Of a stretch of 64,000 bases of DNA, positions 1 to 14,425 are shown one piece after another. Position 1 is the first letter of the stretch. The number at the start of each line of letters is the position of its first letter. The stretch comes from Octopus vulgaris. Lineage: Eukaryota. The translations under genes were made by a program, and so were the position numbers. The stretch covers positions 7,440,001 to 7,504,000 of the forward strand of contig OX597818.1 of NCBI GenBank assembly GCA_951406725.2, read 5' to 3'. Below the pieces are notes generated by a model, which saw only the letters and a program-made list of their open reading frames with translations, was not told where the DNA came from and did no database searches.

Positions 1-315
1 CAACTCTTCAAACGTGGGAACATTTTGAATAGAATTGTTAATGGTGATGCATGTTAAATTTCAAGAGGAAGAGGGGGGAATTTTACATTTGTAGATGTTC
101 AGTTGACTGTGTTGCTACTCCGGTATTAATACTGATATCAATGAGCATAATGATCATCATCGTAATAGATGCTATTATAAGGGTATTGTAGATGATGGTA
201 GCAACGGCGATGGTGACGGCAAGAACGACAACATCAATGATACCAATGATGGTGATGAAGACAACAACAATATGTCTGACACACAATTATTACACATACC
301 CTTGGGATCAAGTGA

Positions 316-624
316 AGGTGCGTAGCTTAGTGGCTAGAGTGTTCGACTCACGATTGTAAGGTCCTGAATTCGAATCTCGGTGGTGCTTTGTGTCCCTTGA
401 GCAAGACACATTATTTCACGTTACTCCAGTTCACTCAGCTGGCAAAAATGGGTAGTACCTGCATTTCATAGGGTCATCTTTGTCATATATTGTGCTACGC
501 TGAGTCATTCTAAGAATAACGTTAAGGGTATGCGCGCTGTGGTGGTGGTGTAAGGGTCTTAGCCGCTTGCATGTTAATTTCACAACCAACTAGTATCCTT
601 GTCGTCGTAACCGACTGAGTGCCA
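316..624 (+). mobile_element. tRNA-derived SINE (family C), degenerate
   Basis: A-box-like TAGCTTAGTGG and B-box-like AATTCGAATCT, central TGTGTCCCTTGAGCAAGACAC block, and a 3' tail (AACGTTAAGGGTA...GTTAATTTCAC...GTCGTCGTAACCGAC) shared with 58738-59118. Confidence 0.75.
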
Positions 625-3600
625 GTTACTGGGATCAAAATCAGCATCTAAATTTGAATCAATCATAAAATCTCACACGCATTTGTTTCTCTCTAAAATA
701 TTAGATTAAAGATGCTACTTGCATTCATCAAACAAGATATTATCCCAGCAATTACCATAGTTAACATTACCGTGTCAGCAGTAAATATTAAATACTGTAG
801 AAAACGAAATAAAAAGAAACATATAAGGTGGCTATCGAAAGCGATCTTAGGAGTACTTTAAAAAGTGGCAGGAAGCAATGTCTAACAAAGACAGATCTTT
901 GGAGGTATTTGCTGTGTTATAGTTAGCATAAACGCACAATGTAACAAATCACAAATGCACAGATTATATTTTCGGAACATTTATACAAGGGAGTCATTAA
1001 CACAATCACAATCTACATGGAAATACAAGCTGATAAATTTACTGCTAGATCTTAATGATATCTGATTTCACATCTTTAATTACATATACAATGCAGATAG
1101 TACATCTCAAAATGAAACTTCACGAATAGTATATTTCCAAATCGTTAAGGAGGATGTCTCCAGTTGTTGAAGGAGTGACGACCTTCTAGAAATAGTACCT
1201 AAAGTGAAACTCTATAACTTCGAGAATTAATACCTAAAGTAAAACTCTATATTCGTTATTTACAAACATAGTATGAAGCTACTACGCCACCAATCATCCT
1301 TCTAGAAATAATAGACAAGTTTTTCTCCAACGTAATCCGACTGTTTTATAAAACGTATCAAAATAAACAGAGAATGGTGAATGTTAGATAATTTGAACAT
1401 TGTTTAGTGCATCACGACTGACCTGCATCTAAACAACATAAACAATATACTGTTTCATCAATTACACAATGCTACACAATAACGAAGAAATCTAAACAAT
1501 GCTCCATTGTTTGTAAAATAGCTTTCAAGAAGCAGCTTCCCGTTCACGAATCCCAGGCAATCATACACAGGCACCACATTTGAGTATGTGTAGTAACATA
1601 ATTAGATTAGTGTATTTGTATTTGTATACACATTTACTTATTAATTAAGCTGCTACAAAGTTTGTTGTTTTTAATAATATTCTTTTTACTCTTATACTTC
1701 ACTTTAAATTTTGATTGATAGTACTGGCGCGAAAATATAACAGGAACTTGGATATTTACAAATTTGGAATATGGAATTTTCGACTTTTTTTGTCGAATAT
1801 ATTTTTTAAACTGGAACATATGATACAATATATGCTATACAAATTTTCGAAGAAAATTTTCACTTGGAATATCTGAAATAATTACGACACTAGAATTTTA
1901 AAAGTTACAATTTGAAAATCCTCATTATTTCACGTCAAAACAGAAAATAAACGATTTGCAATTTAAAAATCACTGTTACCATCGATTTCAAATGCCTCGT
2001 GATACAAAATAATATTGCAGTTATATGAGATGCTAATATTATTTGCTAGGTTAGTCTGCAATCGCAGTAATGAAGGCTGACGTTAAGAAATACAGCTATA
2101 TCTATGGTTATGTGTTTTTCTTATGCATCTATCAATGTTTTTAATCTTTAAGCAGTTGAATATGATTTTTGTAGATTGGATTGGCCTTTGTGATACATAC
2201 AGAATCATGTAAGTGTCCCTTCGCAGCCTGGCTAATTAATTTTGATATTTCTTACGTACGTTGACGCTCCAATGTCTATTTGGTGGGTATTTAAAATATT
2301 GCCCTTTATTTGAAATATTATTGAGTTGATAGTTTGAGGATCTGATCTGAGAAAGTATCTTATTTTCCATTTTTGTAATACTAGTTTTTCCCAATGACGG
2401 CTTTTCGTATAAAATTGTTTGAGATATCTCTTAAGTGGCAATAACTGGAAAATGCAATTCTTTACTACAGTTGATCGGTAGAACAAAAAAAAAAGACATT
2501 ATGAATGATTAGGTTTTCTAATTAGAATCGTTTAAATGAAATAAAAGCCACTAATATTAACGTTTAACGAACATAAGGCGCCGGTCTGATTGTTTGTTAT
2601 ATGTATTGTATCCTTTTGGTAATAATATCTTCCTATAACTGATTCAATTGTTGAAAATTAAGGAACTTAGTCGACATGCTTGAAATACTCGCAAGATCTG
2701 GTTCAACCACATTTTGTCTAAGAAAAAAATGAGACTTTGAGTAATGTAGACTTAGATAATAAAGAGTTAATATAATCTTGGATAGAAGACTTATAATTAC
2801 TGAATTGCTGGATCAGTGTTGATGTTTAAACTAAACTCAATAACATAACATTTCGTAAAGTTATGGACGTGCAAAGTAATATGAGTGACGAAAGGACATA
2901 TAGTAGGTGATCGATAGTACTTAAATCTTCATTAGTTAATGAAATATGATTTACTTTATTTTAGGCATACATACTAATATCCATAATAAGAACAGAATAT
3001 TGAATTCATGTCTAAAATTTAAAACATGGACAAGGTAATTAGCAGGTACTTTCATTGAAACATAAAGGGTGTCATTGTGTTTCTTGTTAATTTCCATTTT
3101 TATTAGACATTTTCCTTTAGAGTAGTGATGTGGCAATGCTTTGGGTTCTGCATACAAAAAAAAATTATCATTTATATTGTTAACTTTTAGAGATCATGTT
3201 TCTTTGCTTTTGGATAGCTTTCATATGTGTCACTTCTTTACCATGTTAGTAACTTTTGAAGTGGGAGATGGATTTTTCCCATTTGATATTGCTGTAGATT
3301 TCATTCCGAATCTAGTGATATTGTTCGTAGTTTTTGAGTGCTGTTGTTGGTAGTGTAGTTCATTTTATTGATGGTTATTTGCAATCTTTTCAATGTTTTC
3401 TTTATAAATCTTTTATTTATTAGCGAATTATTCCAAGACTTTTAGTTTATTGTAAATTTATTTTTTATTAGCAAAATCATTATTTATTTAATTTTTATCT
3501 CTCTATGCATACTTTTAAGTGGCAGTGTGTATAAGTGACTATGTATTGTTTGGGCGTCTATGAAAATGTGTGCGTTTGTCCGTGTGTAGAACAGTAAAAA

Positions 3601-3920
3601 TGATTGAGCGTGTGTGTGAGCAAAAATGTGTAGATTTTAAGAAGCGGTAATACGTTTAATTTCTTTCATTGTTTTTGATATTTAGAAAATTTTCTCACTC
3701 GTTTCTGATTTAAAATGTTATAATCAATAATGTAAAATGCCTCGTCTTATAAATGTCATTAGCTGTAAGAAAATAAAAGGAAACTTCGAAAGAAATGAAG
3801 GAAATTATAGTGATGTTGATGATGATATTATAAAGATAGCAATGCCAATGATAATAAAGATAGTAATTATTCTTCCTTATGTGACTACTACTGTATTTGA
3901 TGATAACAATAACACAGCAA

Positions 3921-3924
3921 TGAC

Positions 3925-3958
<34 letters not shown>

Positions 3959-4080
3959 GTGTTGGTGATGATGGTGACGACATCGATGATTATGATGATG
4001 ATGATAATAATAACAAGAACAAGAACATGAACGACAGGAACAACAACAACAACAACAACAACAATAATAATAATAATGAT
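3921..4080. repeat. compound trinucleotide microsatellite (GAT)n/(ACA)n/(AAT)n
   Basis: Directly visible; source of the poly-M/N/I pseudo-ORFs. Confidence 0.95.
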
Positions 4081-4624
4081 ACTAAAACGGAACCTAATAA
4101 AGTGAAAAGAAAAAAAGCTATCATGACATTGATATTTTTGTATTTCGTTTTCTTTGTATTGTCGTTCTTGTTGGTACATTTTAACATTGTTCTTTATGTC
4201 GCTATATGTGCTGTTGCAGATTAAATTTTGTGTAAATGTGGAGTAAATTTAGAATAAAAACAATTGCAGAAAATCAATAACGATAAAAATTTTATATGTT
4301 ATACGGGTGTGATATATCATTTGAAATTTGTTATGGTAAATATGATAAATATAATTATGAAAATCCTTGAATAGAATGCATAAACGGAAAATTCAATTAT
4401 CCATATGTATTCGAGGTAGGATTTTTCCACAACTTATTTGCTTACAAATTTAAAGGAAATTTAACGAAAATATGCTGAAAGAGTATAAATTTGAAGGAAT
4501 GTTAAATTACAACGCTGGAAATATTCTTTAGGTAGATATGACACTTCTGAATACACACTTTTCCCTGAGAAGCCTTCACGCAAGGTAAGTAGTGAGAGGG
4601 GAAGGAGAGAAAAAAGAGAGAGAT

Positions 4625-4645
4625 TGTGTGTGTGTGTGTGTGTGC

Positions 4646-4687
<42 letters not shown>
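4625..4687. repeat. (GT)n(GA)n microsatellite
   Basis: Directly visible. Confidence 0.95.
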
Positions 4688-4688
<1 letters not shown>

Positions 4689-5152
4689 CATTGCTGTGCA
4701 GCAGATCCCTTTATTTGTTGGTCAAGAGAAACGGCCCGTTCAGAAACTGTTAGACTGATAAATTTATTAGAGTTAGACATATCTGCCATATTTCCCTTGA
4801 ATCGGAACTGGGAAAATGTAGTTTTTAATTTATGGAACAAGTATAAATGAAAGAAGTGATGTATAAAATACATCTGTGACAGAAGAGCAGCTCCGTCTAC
4901 ACGTAGTGATTCAAAGCAGATTAATATCTGCTTTCGTAAAGATTTCTCATCCATATTCTTATAGAGATTACAATTCAAACACCCAGGCAATTGAAGCACC
5001 CATTAAATATTAAAGATTCTTCTCGCATTGGACACTTATGGAAATCTACATGAACTCTGCTGTGTGTGAACTCTGCTGTAAAAAAGGGAATATATGCAAT
5101 GATATTTTGAGGCAAAGTATTGCTACTTTTTTTTTTACCAATAACACTAGTT

Positions 5153-6705
5153 TACTGAGAAATTGCAGCAAACATAAAAAGTGTTGTTCTAACGGTTAGA
5201 ACAACACTTTTGGGGTGCTGATTTCAGATACAAAACCAGTTTTCACTCATCGCCTCTAGTTTTTGAGATATATATTATTATGATTTTGTGACAATTCACG
5301 TAACCATATATGATCAGTTCTTATTTTGTTTTCCGAATCTTTGTGATACATATACGTATCTCTACAATGGTTTCAGGCACTTCAAAATACCGAAGATGCA
5401 TCAACAAGGCAAATTCATTCTGCTACGTGTAGGGAGATTTCACGACAGTTGCACAATGTCGAACAATTACTTCCCTCCTGAGAACTGCTTACTTTCATTA
5501 TTTCCACTGTAAAATTGGAGATCAGAACAAATCCTGGGCCCCAGACATCTTTTGTAAATCCTGCTACAGTGGACTAAATTCATGGTTTAACAGCAAGAAA
5601 GCAGCCTTTAACTTTGATGTCCCGATGGTCTGGAAAGAGCAAAGAGGTCATGCAGATGATTGTTATTTTTGTCTAACAAATATATCAGGTTTCAATGCTT
5701 CTTCCAGAAAAAAAAGTTCAAATATCCCAAATTTACCTCAGCTATGTGACCTGTTCCCTACTCAGATGATCTCCCTGTCCCTACAACCCCAGCAAATAAG
5801 GATCTTATTCCTTCATCAGAAGGAGAAATGCCTACAGGGGAAGATTCTGCCAATCGGTATCTTCTGAAGACAATGTCTCTGTTTATTCAGGAACAAGTGG
5901 CGATGAGCCCCACTGGATCATGCAGGAAAACCTGAATGACCTGAATGACCAGAATTGACCTGAATAACCAGGAATACCTGAATGACCTTGTCCATGATTT
6001 GTATCTATTTAAGAAACAGTCAGAGCTCCTGGTATTCCGGCTGAAGCAGTGGAACCTGGTCAAGGTAGATGTAAGGACACGGAACCAGGAGTTTGCTTCA
6101 TTCTTCGACATGGAAAACAAATAGGTTGTGCTACTACACAAATGTCACTGGTTGTTTACCTTTCCCACAGAATCTCTCAGAATGGCGTCTTTTCATAGAA
6201 TCTTCCAAGCTAAGTCTGCAGGCTGTGCTCCTACAGAATGGGAATAAATACCCTAGCATTCCCATTGACTACTCAATCAATCTGAAGGCGCCGTATGACA
6301 ATATGGAGCTCCTTTTGGAAACTGTCAAGTACAACCAGCACTAGTGGAATCTCTGAGGGGACCTGAAGGTCACTGGGCTCCTTATAAGTACTGTTGCTTC
6401 TTCTGTCTCTGGGACAGCCGGACTATGCCCAAGCACTACAAGCAGAAGGACTAGAGATCTAGGAGCACTTTCGTGCCTAGTGAACACAGTGTCCAAGGAA
6501 AGCGTCTGGTGGACATGAACAAGGTGCTTCTTACTCCACTTTATATCAAGCTTGATTTAAGGAAGTATTTCGTGAAGGACATGGACAAAAATGGCGTTGC
6601 CTTCGAACACTTGCGCACTCTATTCCAAGCTCTGAGTCCTGCTAACCTTAAGGAGGGAATCTTCGGACCTCAGATCCGAGTGGTGCTGAAGAATACGGAC
6701 TTTGT
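5153..6705 (+). mobile_element. Chapaev3-like (CMC superfamily) DNA transposon, 3'-truncated
   Basis: Transposase relic from ATG 5367: ...NSFCYV*G...YFHCKIGDQNKSWAP..CKSC...VPMVWKEQRGHADDCYFC, later EWRLFIESSKLSLQAVLLQNGN, CFFCLWDSR and PLYIKL...LKEGIFGPQIR. These match Chapaev3-type transposase motifs as I recall them. Multiple stops and frameshifts. Confidence 0.75.
5367..6705 (+). pseudogene. disrupted Chapaev-type transposase
   Basis: ORFs 5625-5867, 6093-6344 and 6473-6784 are pieces of one frameshifted reading frame with an N-terminal Cys-rich Zn motif. Confidence 0.7.
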
Positions 6706-7418
6706 GGGTCCCGCTGCTAGAAAATCCATCATCATTAATCCGCGCTGGTCCCAAGATACTATGAGCATCATCTTGCCTGCTTAGGGTTTGACATGAGACT
6801 TCTTTGGGGGTGCTGAGTTATCATGTTTCCATTGATTCGACTGGACTTTAGTTTCAGGATCAAAGTGATGGACACATGTTTTATCCTGTGTCTTCTTCGT
6901 TTTCTTGCTACATTGTCAAAAGAGCCTAGAAGCAATTGACTCGTTCCTGCTTTTGAAAACGTGTTAACATCTGAGGAATCTATCGTGCAGACAACGCCCA
7001 CATGGGCACTTCATTTCTTGTACTAGTTGCTGAACAGTTATGCGCCGAGCTTCCAAAATGGTGGCTTCCATTAATGTCGGAATGTGGTCGTGCAGAAATA
7101 GAAGCAGTTTCTACTGCTCTCCGACCATATTTGAACTGGTGACGATAGTGCATGACTACATCATATGATGGTGCATCGTTACCATAAATTTCTTTCATCT
7201 CGTTGAAAAGTCTCTTTTGGTGTACGACCTTTCAAGTATAAGGACCTGGTCTATACATTAGTCCACTTCAGTAGCCCTAAAAGATAGGTGAATACTAGTG
7301 GAAAGCTGCAATTTACAATTTGACATATAGCGACATGTATTATTATATCAGTACAATTTCCGTTTCTTCCAATAAACTGAGGTGGGTCAGGGGGAAACTT
7401 CAATGAACGCCTCTCGTA
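6706..7418 (-). mobile_element. mariner transposon, 5' half
   Basis: Minus strand begins TACGAGAGGCGTTCATTGAAG (mariner-type TIR). N-terminal HTH MKEIYGNDAPSYDVV...FKYGR (ORF 6980-7198), then ...AGKMMLIVSWDQRGLMMMDFL (cf. mariner GKVMxxVFWD). Confidence 0.8.
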
Positions 7419-7516
7419 TGATTGATATTCTTTCGTTTATTGGAATAAATACAGTAGCCAGGTCCCTCTGAGAAGTGGTGATGGGGTGACCACCCGCATT
7501 ATGACTATCTCATCAA

Positions 7517-7770
<254 letters not shown>

Positions 7771-7904
7771 TTATAAAATCATAACTGATAGACCTTGTAT
7801 TTTCTTTTATTCAACGTCAGGAACTTTTCAGCACCCCATCATATATACATACATATATACCAACATACACATACACACACATATATATATATATATATAT
7901 TATT

Positions 7905-8195
7905 TTATTCTTTTACCTGTTTCAGTCATTTAACTGCGGCCATGTTGGAGCATTACCTGGGGTCGAAAAAAAAGACCCCAGGACTTATTCTTTGTAAGCC
8001 TAGTACTTATTATATCGGTTCTCTTTTGCTGAACCGTTAAATTACGGGCACGTAAGCACACCAACATCGGTTATCAATCGATGATGGAGGACAAACACAG
8101 ACACACAAATATATGTATGCACTCTCTCAATGGGACTGTACCCGAAAACATGTGGTTGGGAAACAAGCTTATTACCACACAGCCACAACTACGCT
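7905..8195 (-). mobile_element. tRNA-derived SINE family A, internally deleted; head not interrupted
   Basis: Tail TTTCAGTCATTTAACTGCGGCCATG and head ...CATGTGGTTGGGAAACAAGCTTATTACCACACAGCCAC match the other family A copies. Confidence 0.85.
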
Positions 8196-8199
8196 CATG

Positions 8200-8303
<104 letters not shown>

Positions 8304-8776
8304 TGTGTATGCATGTATGTGTGTGCATGTAAATATGATTATATGCGTATGCATTCATTTATACGTATGTAATTATGTAAATATATTTTATGTGAATGTA
8401 TAAATATTTATACATTTACATACAAAATATATACACCTACGCAGACGCAACATAAATCAGATTAAACACTGCTACATCCAAAACAGACACATACACCGGA
8501 ATATAAACATATATTTACGAAACTTTTATGAATTAAAAATCGTATTAAAAGATAAAAACAAAATGTTTTCTAACTTTCTGTTTAGTATATTACTGCTATA
8601 TTTATGTTTATTCAATGTGCGTGTGCACGAGGATGTCTATATATGTTTGTTTGTATGTATGGATGGACGGATAGATGAATGTATGTATGTACATACACAT
8701 ACACCCACACACATACACACACACACACACATATATATGTATATGTTTATATACATATAAATTATATTGATATGTG

Positions 8777-8840
<64 letters not shown>

Positions 8841-10046
8841 TGTATGTATATGTATATCTATGTACAAATTTTTTTCAAAAATAGAATGGATGACGTTTTA
8901 TATTATCTGATTATTTGTAGAATACCATTAAGATTTCGGATGTATTAATGAAAATAAAATAAAATTTTTGTAACGAAAGCAAACGCATAATCTCAAATAA
9001 CAAAAAGTAACATGAGTAATAAAATATTATATGGAGAGTGGTTGAAATATTAGGATTGGCTGTTAAAATATCGTGATTGCATAAGATTTCTAATACACAG
9101 AATTGTCATACTTGCTTCATTCAATGAGTGGGGCGCTTAAAGAGATTGGCCTAGCATAAATATTGTAAATTCGTTTCAGAAGGCATCATTTAATAGTAGC
9201 ATGATAAAAGATTAACGTTTTTGACGTATTCTTTTTTTAATATTAGGATTTCTAGTTGTTGCATTAATTAATGATTCTTTTGATTTGCTGATGTCTTAAG
9301 TAATAATTGGATTTAATTGTCGAAATACTTAAAAGATAATTACCAAAACACATTGAGAATATATTTGACATCATACATGGAGAAGCTCCTGAAATATTGG
9401 TTTATTTGCTTCTAAGCATAATCTACGATCATGGAGATAAAATAGAAGTAAGCAGCACAGTCGTTGCACAGCATCCGAAAGAAAATGTACACTCCTCACC
9501 CCCACACACCCACACATAACTCATGTATGTACACATACATCTTTCAACTTCTTTCTGTCAACACCTCAAACGTAAGATCACTTCCCTAAAAACGGAGGCT
9601 CGTCTCATCAGACAATAGAATGAAAATACAAACGTTATCCTTGACCACTGATACCCCCAAAACAGCTGTTGTACATTTAATAATTTTCTTCCACCTCTTT
9701 AATTCTAGATATCATTTCCATTCTGTGAAGGTTGGACCTTTCGGTATGTAAATATATGTACAATTTTGTATTTCATTTATTTAATATGCTTTGTATATTG
9801 ACCTGCCTAACTCTCTTATCCTTACAGCTACTTCTCATAAATACATTCACAGATACATACACACACACGCACAGATGCATACATACAAGGACACACACAT
9901 GCAGAAAATACATAGATTGATAGAAAGATGCAGTTATGTGCGTGCATTCACGTGTGTCAGTGTGTGTACGCTTTTCCATCTCTACAAATACTCATACATA
10001 TATATGCATATATGTGTGTGTGTATACAAAGATATATTTATATATA

Positions 10047-10145
<99 letters not shown>

Positions 10146-10149
10146 CTTT

Positions 10150-10440
10150 TATTCCCTGTCGCAAACATGAATATCAGGTCTGCTATGTTTGCACCAAATT
10201 CCTGTATTTATTAGTATTCCACTAGTATTCCTTGTTTATAAAGGCTTCATTATATACAGGTACCGACATTCCTTTGATGAATACATCAGGGCATCCATTT
10301 TTACAATAATTGCATCAGTTTCTTAAAACACTTCTGTATCCACGGTGGTTAATTTGATTTCCAATTCCTGATGTATTTTGTTTTATATTTGTTATTGAAT
10401 CATAAAAGTTCCTCTTTTTCTTGTCTATCAAAATGCTGTG
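10150..10440 (-). mobile_element. possible fragment of an RLE-type (R4/Dong/NeSL-like) LINE
   Basis: Minus strand gives ...[18 protein letters not shown], resembling the RPDI motif of restriction-like endonucleases; otherwise very decayed. Confidence 0.35.
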
Positions 10441-11703
10441 GAATTCATAGTGATCATGGTGTTGTATCCGCCACACACACACACACGCACACACATAATA
10501 CTATTAAAAACTACACATTATTGTTAGTACTGCCTTGGCAAATATTATTCTTCAACATATACCTATACATTATATATCGGAATCTAGCGTGTTGAATGAA
10601 ACAGCTGAGTATTAGAGGCAAGATGAGTACAACAGAATGAAGCACAATAGAAAGATCATGCGTGTTTAGTTCACTGGACTAAAGGTAACAAAATATTTCG
10701 ATAGATAATCTTTCCAGCTTGACACTACCATGAATATAACCACTGGAAAAATTTAGGATAAACCTACTCGACATAACTTATATCAGTAACCATTATGCAT
10801 CTATATATAAAGGCCAAGTTATGTATATTTAGAACTACAGTGGGACAAAGAAATGTAATCGTTCCTATAAGTGCCTGTGAACAATCATCAGAAATGGCCA
10901 GTATCATCTTACTAGCCTGCCTATCTCTTTACTTAAAATGATTCTATAACACTGACTTAATGTATTTACACTTGAATATAGCATTATTGCAAACACAGTT
11001 AAAATACCCTAGGTAGATCTTTTTTCCTTACAAAGTCATTCAATTATGAAACAGTATATCAAATTATTAACAAGAACACACACAATTGTTTCATCGTTAC
11101 AAAGGAAGGAATACCGCCTAAAAGAGCATAACGGACTATCTATAGAGAAACAATCTGAAGTAAGAAATGGAACGGATTTTCATTTCATATTTAAACATTA
11201 CTTCAATTGATAATATTATATGGTCAATTTCAATGAAATAATTGCTTGACTTTTCACCAAATATATCACTATACAATGATATAATAAATATGACAACTTC
11301 TCCATTTAAAGTATTTCTATATTTAAGAATCAACATAGATAAAATGGTACTCATAATAAATTCCCACTTCAAAATCTAATTTTCACATTAGTAAGTAATA
11401 ATATAACGATGTCATCCGTATAGAATTCTCATCACTTTCCCCAAAATGAATTTATACACTTAATTAAAACTTTATCAGATTTAAACCATTCGAATAAATA
11501 TATTTTGTGTTAATTAAATTGTACGTTCACTGCAGTGAGACGCTTTGAAATGTATAAAATCACATTGGCATAGTTACAGCAAAATACATAGACATGCGCA
11601 TAGACAAGACAACCACTCATGAAATTCTGAAACATGCATAAAACAAACTACAGTTGAAACTGGTTTAAATATCCGGTAAAACACAACAATGCACAATATA
11701 TAT

Positions 11704-11784
<81 letters not shown>

Positions 11785-11914
11785 AACACACGCACACAAA
11801 TATATATATAGCATTTTTGCGATGGCCGGATAACTGAAGAGATGGCGGCGTGGATTTCCACCTCGGCATCCGAGTTTTATCATGGCTATCGAATAATTGT
11901 CACATATTACATTT

Positions 11915-11954
<40 letters not shown>

Positions 11955-11974
11955 GGATACGTACTTATATTGTT

Positions 11975-12328
11975 TTTCTTTTACTTGTTGCAGTTATTTG
12001 CTGCAGCCATGCAGAAGCACCGATTTTAGTCGAACAAATCGACCCCACCAATTATTTTTTGTAACCCAAGTACTTATTCTTTTGGTCTCATTTGCCCAAC
12101 CGCTAGTTACGAAGACATGAACACACCAACATCAGTTGTCAACGATGGAACGGGAACATGACGGGCTTCTTTCAGTTTCTCTCTACCAATTCTACTCAGA
12201 AGTCTGTCGTCGGCCTGAGGCTATACTAAAAGAAACTCGTACAAGATGCCACGCAAGTGAGATTGAACCCGGAATCCCGGAACCATGTGATTGGGATGTC
12301 ATCTTCTTACCACTCAGCTACTCCTGTA
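11975..12328 (-). mobile_element. SINE family A, degenerate
   Basis: Collinear similarity to 12365-12728 and 30576-30976. Confidence 0.8.
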
Positions 12329-12364
12329 GATATATATATATATTAATATCTACATAACTCGTAT

Positions 12365-12728
12365 TTTTTTTACTTGTTTCAGTCATTTGACTGCGGCCAT
12401 GCTGGAGCACTGCCTTTAATCGAACAACTCGACCCCGGGACTTAATCTATCGGTCTCTTTTGCTGAACCGCTAAGTGACGGAGACATAAACACACCAGCA
12501 TGGGTTGTCAATCAATGCTAGGGGGACAAACACAGACACACAAACACACACACATACACATACATATATATATACACATATACGACGGGGTTCTTTCAGT
12601 TTCCTGTCTACCAAATCCACTCACCAGGCTTTGGTCGGCCCGAGGCTATAGTAGAAGACACTTGCCCAAGGTGCCACACAGTGGGACTGAACCCGGAACC
12701 ATGTGGTTGGTAAACAAGCTTACCACAT
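12365..12728 (-). mobile_element. SINE family A, near full length
   Basis: B box (GGTTCAGTCCC on minus), CORE-like GCACCTTGGGCAAGTGTCTTC, internal (CA)/(TA) tract and family tail. Confidence 0.9.
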
Positions 12729-12736
12729 ATATATAT

Positions 12737-12846
12737 AGGCGCAGGAGTGGCTGTATATTAAGTAGCATGCTTACCAACCACATGGTTCTGGCCACCAATG
12801 CCTTGTGGGTGGATTTGTTAGGCGGAAAGTGAAAGAATCCCGTCGA

Positions 12847-12928
<82 letters not shown>

Positions 12929-13147
12929 GTGTGTGTGTTTGTATGTTTGTGTGTCTGTGTTTGTACCCCCCGACATCGCTTGATAACCGATGCTACTTTG
13001 TTTACTTCTCAGTAAGTTCGCGATTCGTTAAAAGAGACCCATAGAAGAAGTACTGGTCTTACAAAGAATAAGTTCTGGGGTTTATTTGCTCAACTAATGA
13101 TGGTGCTCCAGCATGGCCGCAGTCATGTAACCAAGACAATTAAAGAG
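12737..13147 (+). mobile_element. SINE family A, head-to-head with previous copy
   Basis: Starts AGGCGCAGGAGTGGCTGT...AAGTAGCATGCTTACCAACCACATGG (empty target site) and ends GCTCCAGCATGGCCGCAGTCA. Confidence 0.9.
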
Positions 13148-13709
13148 CTACAATACCAATAAATAATCAAATGGAGCTCTATAAACTCAAACTATACTTT
13201 TAGATATAGTTTTGTTTCGTTACTTAAAACAGGTCGAGTCTAGAATACTCTTCACATCTTTTATTATGTAACTGTATGACCTGTACTTGTTTTGGCATGT
13301 AAATTGCACCGGGTATTTTGTCGACACTTCATCAGTAAACACGTATTTGGGTGATGTATATGCCACTTATTAAATTCCAGCTTCAGCTAGCATATATCCT
13401 GTCTTAGAAACACAGCAAGAAATACAGAAGCAAAATCATAATTTGCCCTTCAATCATCAAGCGAAACATTCACGATATATTTAAAGTCTGAGACCGTGTC
13501 ATACCTTGTGTCGAAATAGACACTGCCACCTTGTAACTAAGAAAATTTGGCCATATGGTTAATTTCTTATCTAAAATTTTGTTTTAAATATTGTTGTGCA
13601 ATTTCTTTCTACACCATGGTAATTCACATATTTTGTAGGCTTTATGTTTCACGTGTCAGTTTATTTTCTGTACCATATCGTGCATTGGTGCCTAATAAGA
13701 AAAACTGTA

Positions 13710-13769
<60 letters not shown>

Positions 13770-14317
13770 GAGGGAGAGAGCAGTGCATGCCCTCAAAGCG
13801 ATACTGGGGTAAAATATACGAAGCCCGGATTACCCATCATGACTACCCGTCTGATAAGGGTACACCAGGCACATGCACCACAATCAAATGTGCGCGACAT
13901 GGTGATCTCATATCAAGATAAACAGCCCATGACCTTGCAGGTGGGGCCCAGTTAGAATTTTCTTCTGGTCGAGTAGCCCTTTCCGCTCAAAAGGTCCCTG
14001 AATAAGGATTGTTTAAGGATGTTGAACGAACCCCCTATATTTCCAAAGGTGAATTATCCAAACCTCAAAAAATTCCTTTCAACAAAGGCTATGACGCTAC
14101 CCCACTACTTCTGCACTTTGTCAGAGATGCACATATCGTCAGCCACTAAAGGTCACCTGGTTAAGGGCAAACAACTGAAAAGAAAATCTGTGGTATTGAG
14201 CAGAATATTTGCTGTAGCCCATCTTTTATACCAAGACAAAACAATGTACATGATAACACTTCCAAACAGTTAAAATCAGAATCCATGAGAACCACTGTCT
14301 GGTACTGCATCAGGGCA
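13770..14317 (-). mobile_element. ~550 bp non-coding interspersed element embedded in (AAT)n, probably a non-autonomous R4/Dong-type retroelement
   Basis: Complex sequence bounded by (ATT)20 at 13710-13769 and TTG/TTA/TAC repeats from 14322. Minus strand ends ...CACTGCTCTCTCCCTC(AAT)n. Family assignment is inference from the known TAA-repeat targeting of Dong elements. Confidence 0.5.
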
Positions 14318-14337
14318 GTATCATTGTTATTGTTGTT

Positions 14338-14339
14338 AT

Positions 14340-14425
<86 letters not shown>
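14338..14425. repeat. (TAC)n microsatellite
   Basis: Directly visible. Confidence 0.95.

Noticed and set aside
3737-4224. Poly-M/I/N/L ORFs, and the many [12 protein letters not shown] ORFs throughout the window
   Set aside because: They are translations of microsatellites, open only because the repeats lack stop codons.
4688-4999. 103 aa non-repetitive minus-strand ORF
   Set aside because: No recognisable motif, non-ATG start and a length compatible with chance.
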